The position numbers and the translations under genes were made by a program. The notes beneath the pieces are model-generated. The model did not search any database, was not told the DNA's origin, and worked only from the letters and a program-made list of their open reading frames with translations. A stretch of DNA of 36,982 nucleotides from NCBI GenBank assembly GCA_964492015.1, contig CAZBIH010000002.1:1-36982 (forward strand), read 5' to 3'. Within the stretch, counting starts at the first letter, position 1. The number at the start of each line of letters is the position of its first letter. The DNA is from an uncultured Planctomycetia bacterium (lineage in GTDB: Bacteria > Omnitrophota > Gorgyraeia > 2-02-FULL-51-18). Below, piece after piece: positions 36,281 through 36,982 of the stretch.

Positions 36281-36437
36281 AAGCCCTGATTTATTAAAAA
36301 TAAAAACTCCTGAAAACCTGTTGCTACACGTTTGTTTTTAACGAGTTAGAGGGGATGACAAAGAATATACTGTGGCCACCCCCTGGAAAAAGGATGGGGC
36401 TTCTCCCATAATTTCTTCATCGTAATGCCATGCGAGA

Positions 36438-36466
36438 AGTTTACATCCCGAGGACGTGTAAATCAA
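36438..36466 (-). promoter_or_regulatory. candidate promoter for the giant gene
   Basis: The minus strand reads TTGATT, a 17-nt spacer, then TAAACT. This would give a leader of about 150 nt. The spacer and flanks form an inverted repeat (TTTACA...TGTAAA). A second candidate is TTAACT, 16 nt, TATATA near 36500..36530. Neither is verified. Confidence 0.2.
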
Positions 36467-36632
36467 GATAGAGGGATTAAATAAATGAGGGTTTGATGGA
36501 ATATATAAGACTCGATTTGTTTTAGTTAAGCAGTGATTAAATACGTTGGTTTTATCTATTGAAGAGACAACAAGCAATAAGATTTTGAATCTGGCTGGGT
36601 TGGGGTCAGGCAAGGCGGCGGCGAGAATTCGT

Positions 36633-36660
36633 GGGGAGCGCACGAACCCCTGCGCCCCCC
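36633..36660. other. GC-rich stem-loop just 3' of tRNA-Pro (possible processing or termination structure)
   Basis: ggggagcgca (36633..36642) pairs with tgcgcccccc (36651..36660), 9 of 10 bp with one A-C mismatch, around an 8-nt loop. There is no flanking U-tract on either strand. Confidence 0.3.
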
Positions 36661-36688
36661 ACTGTACATCTGAGTTCGATCCACAATA

Positions 36689-36766
36689 TGGTCGGGATGC
36701 AGGGATTTGAACCCTGGACCTCCTGGTCCCGAACCAGGCGCGCTAGCCAAGCTGCGCTACATCCCG
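36689..36766 (-). tRNA. tRNA-Pro (anticodon CGG), CCA encoded
   Basis: Reverse complement reads CGGGATGTAGCGCAGCTTGGCTAGCGCGCCTGGTTCGGGACCAGGAGGTCCAGGGTTCAAATCCCTGCATCCCGACCA. It has acceptor CGGGATG/CATCCCG, D arm GCGC/GCGC, anticodon stem CCTGG/CCAGG with loop TTCGGGA, and T arm CAGGG-TTCAAAT-CCCTG. Length 78 nt. Confidence 0.93.
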
Positions 36767-36812
36767 TAAAATTAATGTCATCTAACCACGCAAAAAAATC
36801 TTGAGCTGTTTA

Positions 36813-36982
36813 TTATAGGTGAGAGTCCACGCGATGTAAATGACGCGTTTTGTCTTCCCCGCTGTCCGAGAGCGCTTTGTAGATCATGATCTGAGTCTTG
36901 GTCGCCTTCTGGTCCACGATCCACTTGAGAAGGCACAGAGCGCCCAGCACGACCCATTGAACAAAGTATTGCCGGATCACGA
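36813..36982 (-). CDS. 3' end of a gene entering from beyond the window (last 55 codons; hydrophobic helix plus charged tail); product unknown
   Basis: The frame reads ...VIRQYFVQWVVLGALCLLKWIVDQKATKTQIMIYKALSDSGEDKTRHLHRVDSHL, then TAA at 36815..36813. A plus-strand frame over the same bases is also open (MTRFVFPAVRERF...) but looks less protein-like. Confidence 0.35.
   Translation of the reverse strand, partial: VIRQYFVQWVVLGALCLLKWIVDQKATKTQIMIYKALSDSGEDKTRHLHRVDSHL

Noticed and set aside
281-36280. NRPS/PKS megasynthase or RTX / Ig-like repeat adhesin as the explanation for the gene size
   Set aside because: I found no condensation (HHxxxDG), adenylation, ketosynthase or carrier-protein Ser motifs. 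I also found no GGxGxD nonapeptide runs and no beta-rich Ig/cadherin-like repeats. The composition and motifs point to helical repeats plus AAA+/vWA domains.
36672-36685. T-arm-like string gagttcgatcc on the plus strand next to tRNA-Pro
   Set aside because: No acceptor, D or anticodon arms can be folded around it, so it is not a tRNA or a recognisable tRNA fragment.
36338-36750. Two minus-strand ORFs (36338..36643, 101 aa; 36556..36750, 64 aa) upstream of the giant gene
   Set aside because: The second overlaps tRNA-Pro. The first runs through the GC hairpin and the likely promoter/leader, has no SD and has a low-information sequence. There is no independent support for either as a gene.
64-36766. 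tRNA-flanked genomic island or integrative element carrying the giant gene
   Set aside because: No integrase or transposase is present. No duplicated tRNA 3' fragment (att-like direct repeat) is visible near either end. The tRNAs are two different, complete genes.

Overview
Almost the whole window is one uninterrupted minus-strand ORF (281..36280; 11,999 codons, TTG start, TAA stop). It is bracketed by two co-oriented tRNA genes, tRNA-Val(CAC) at 64..140 and tRNA-Pro(CGG) at 36689..36766, and by the ends of two further minus-strand genes. The giant protein begins with a signal-peptide-like segment and looks mostly alpha-helical (L/E/K/A/R rich). It divides into 21 modules separated by 20 copies of a 5-residue junction motif [GA]-A-R-L-[ASG]. 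Most junctions are followed by an R/G/E/K-rich linker encoded by polypurine tracts. Recurring module families are HEAT-repeat-headed (x3), 'YLTD/LLIPYR'-headed (x5), aromatic-headed (x5) and a C-terminal pair. Some copies are still about 87% identical at DNA level. The largest module (4568..14302, no internal junction) looks like a bacterial midasin/dynein-type motor. It has six tandem AAA_5-like domains alternating degenerate and intact P-loops, then an HExxH segment, a K/R-rich plus D/E-rich stretch, and a vWA domain with a full MIDAS motif. One apparent module (24782..25474) is not a module. It is the stop-free antisense reading of a complete plus-strand DUF433 / DUF5615 (PIN-like) toxin-antitoxin cassette with its own sigma70-like promoter and Shine-Dalgarno site. 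The cassette sits exactly at a junction and is flanked by two junction copies. I saw no rRNA, CRISPR, transposase or integrase. Lineage cannot be determined from the sequence; the architecture is reminiscent of giant genes reported from uncultivated bacteria such as Omnitrophota, which is inference only. All domain calls come from motif reading by eye and need profile or structure searches.
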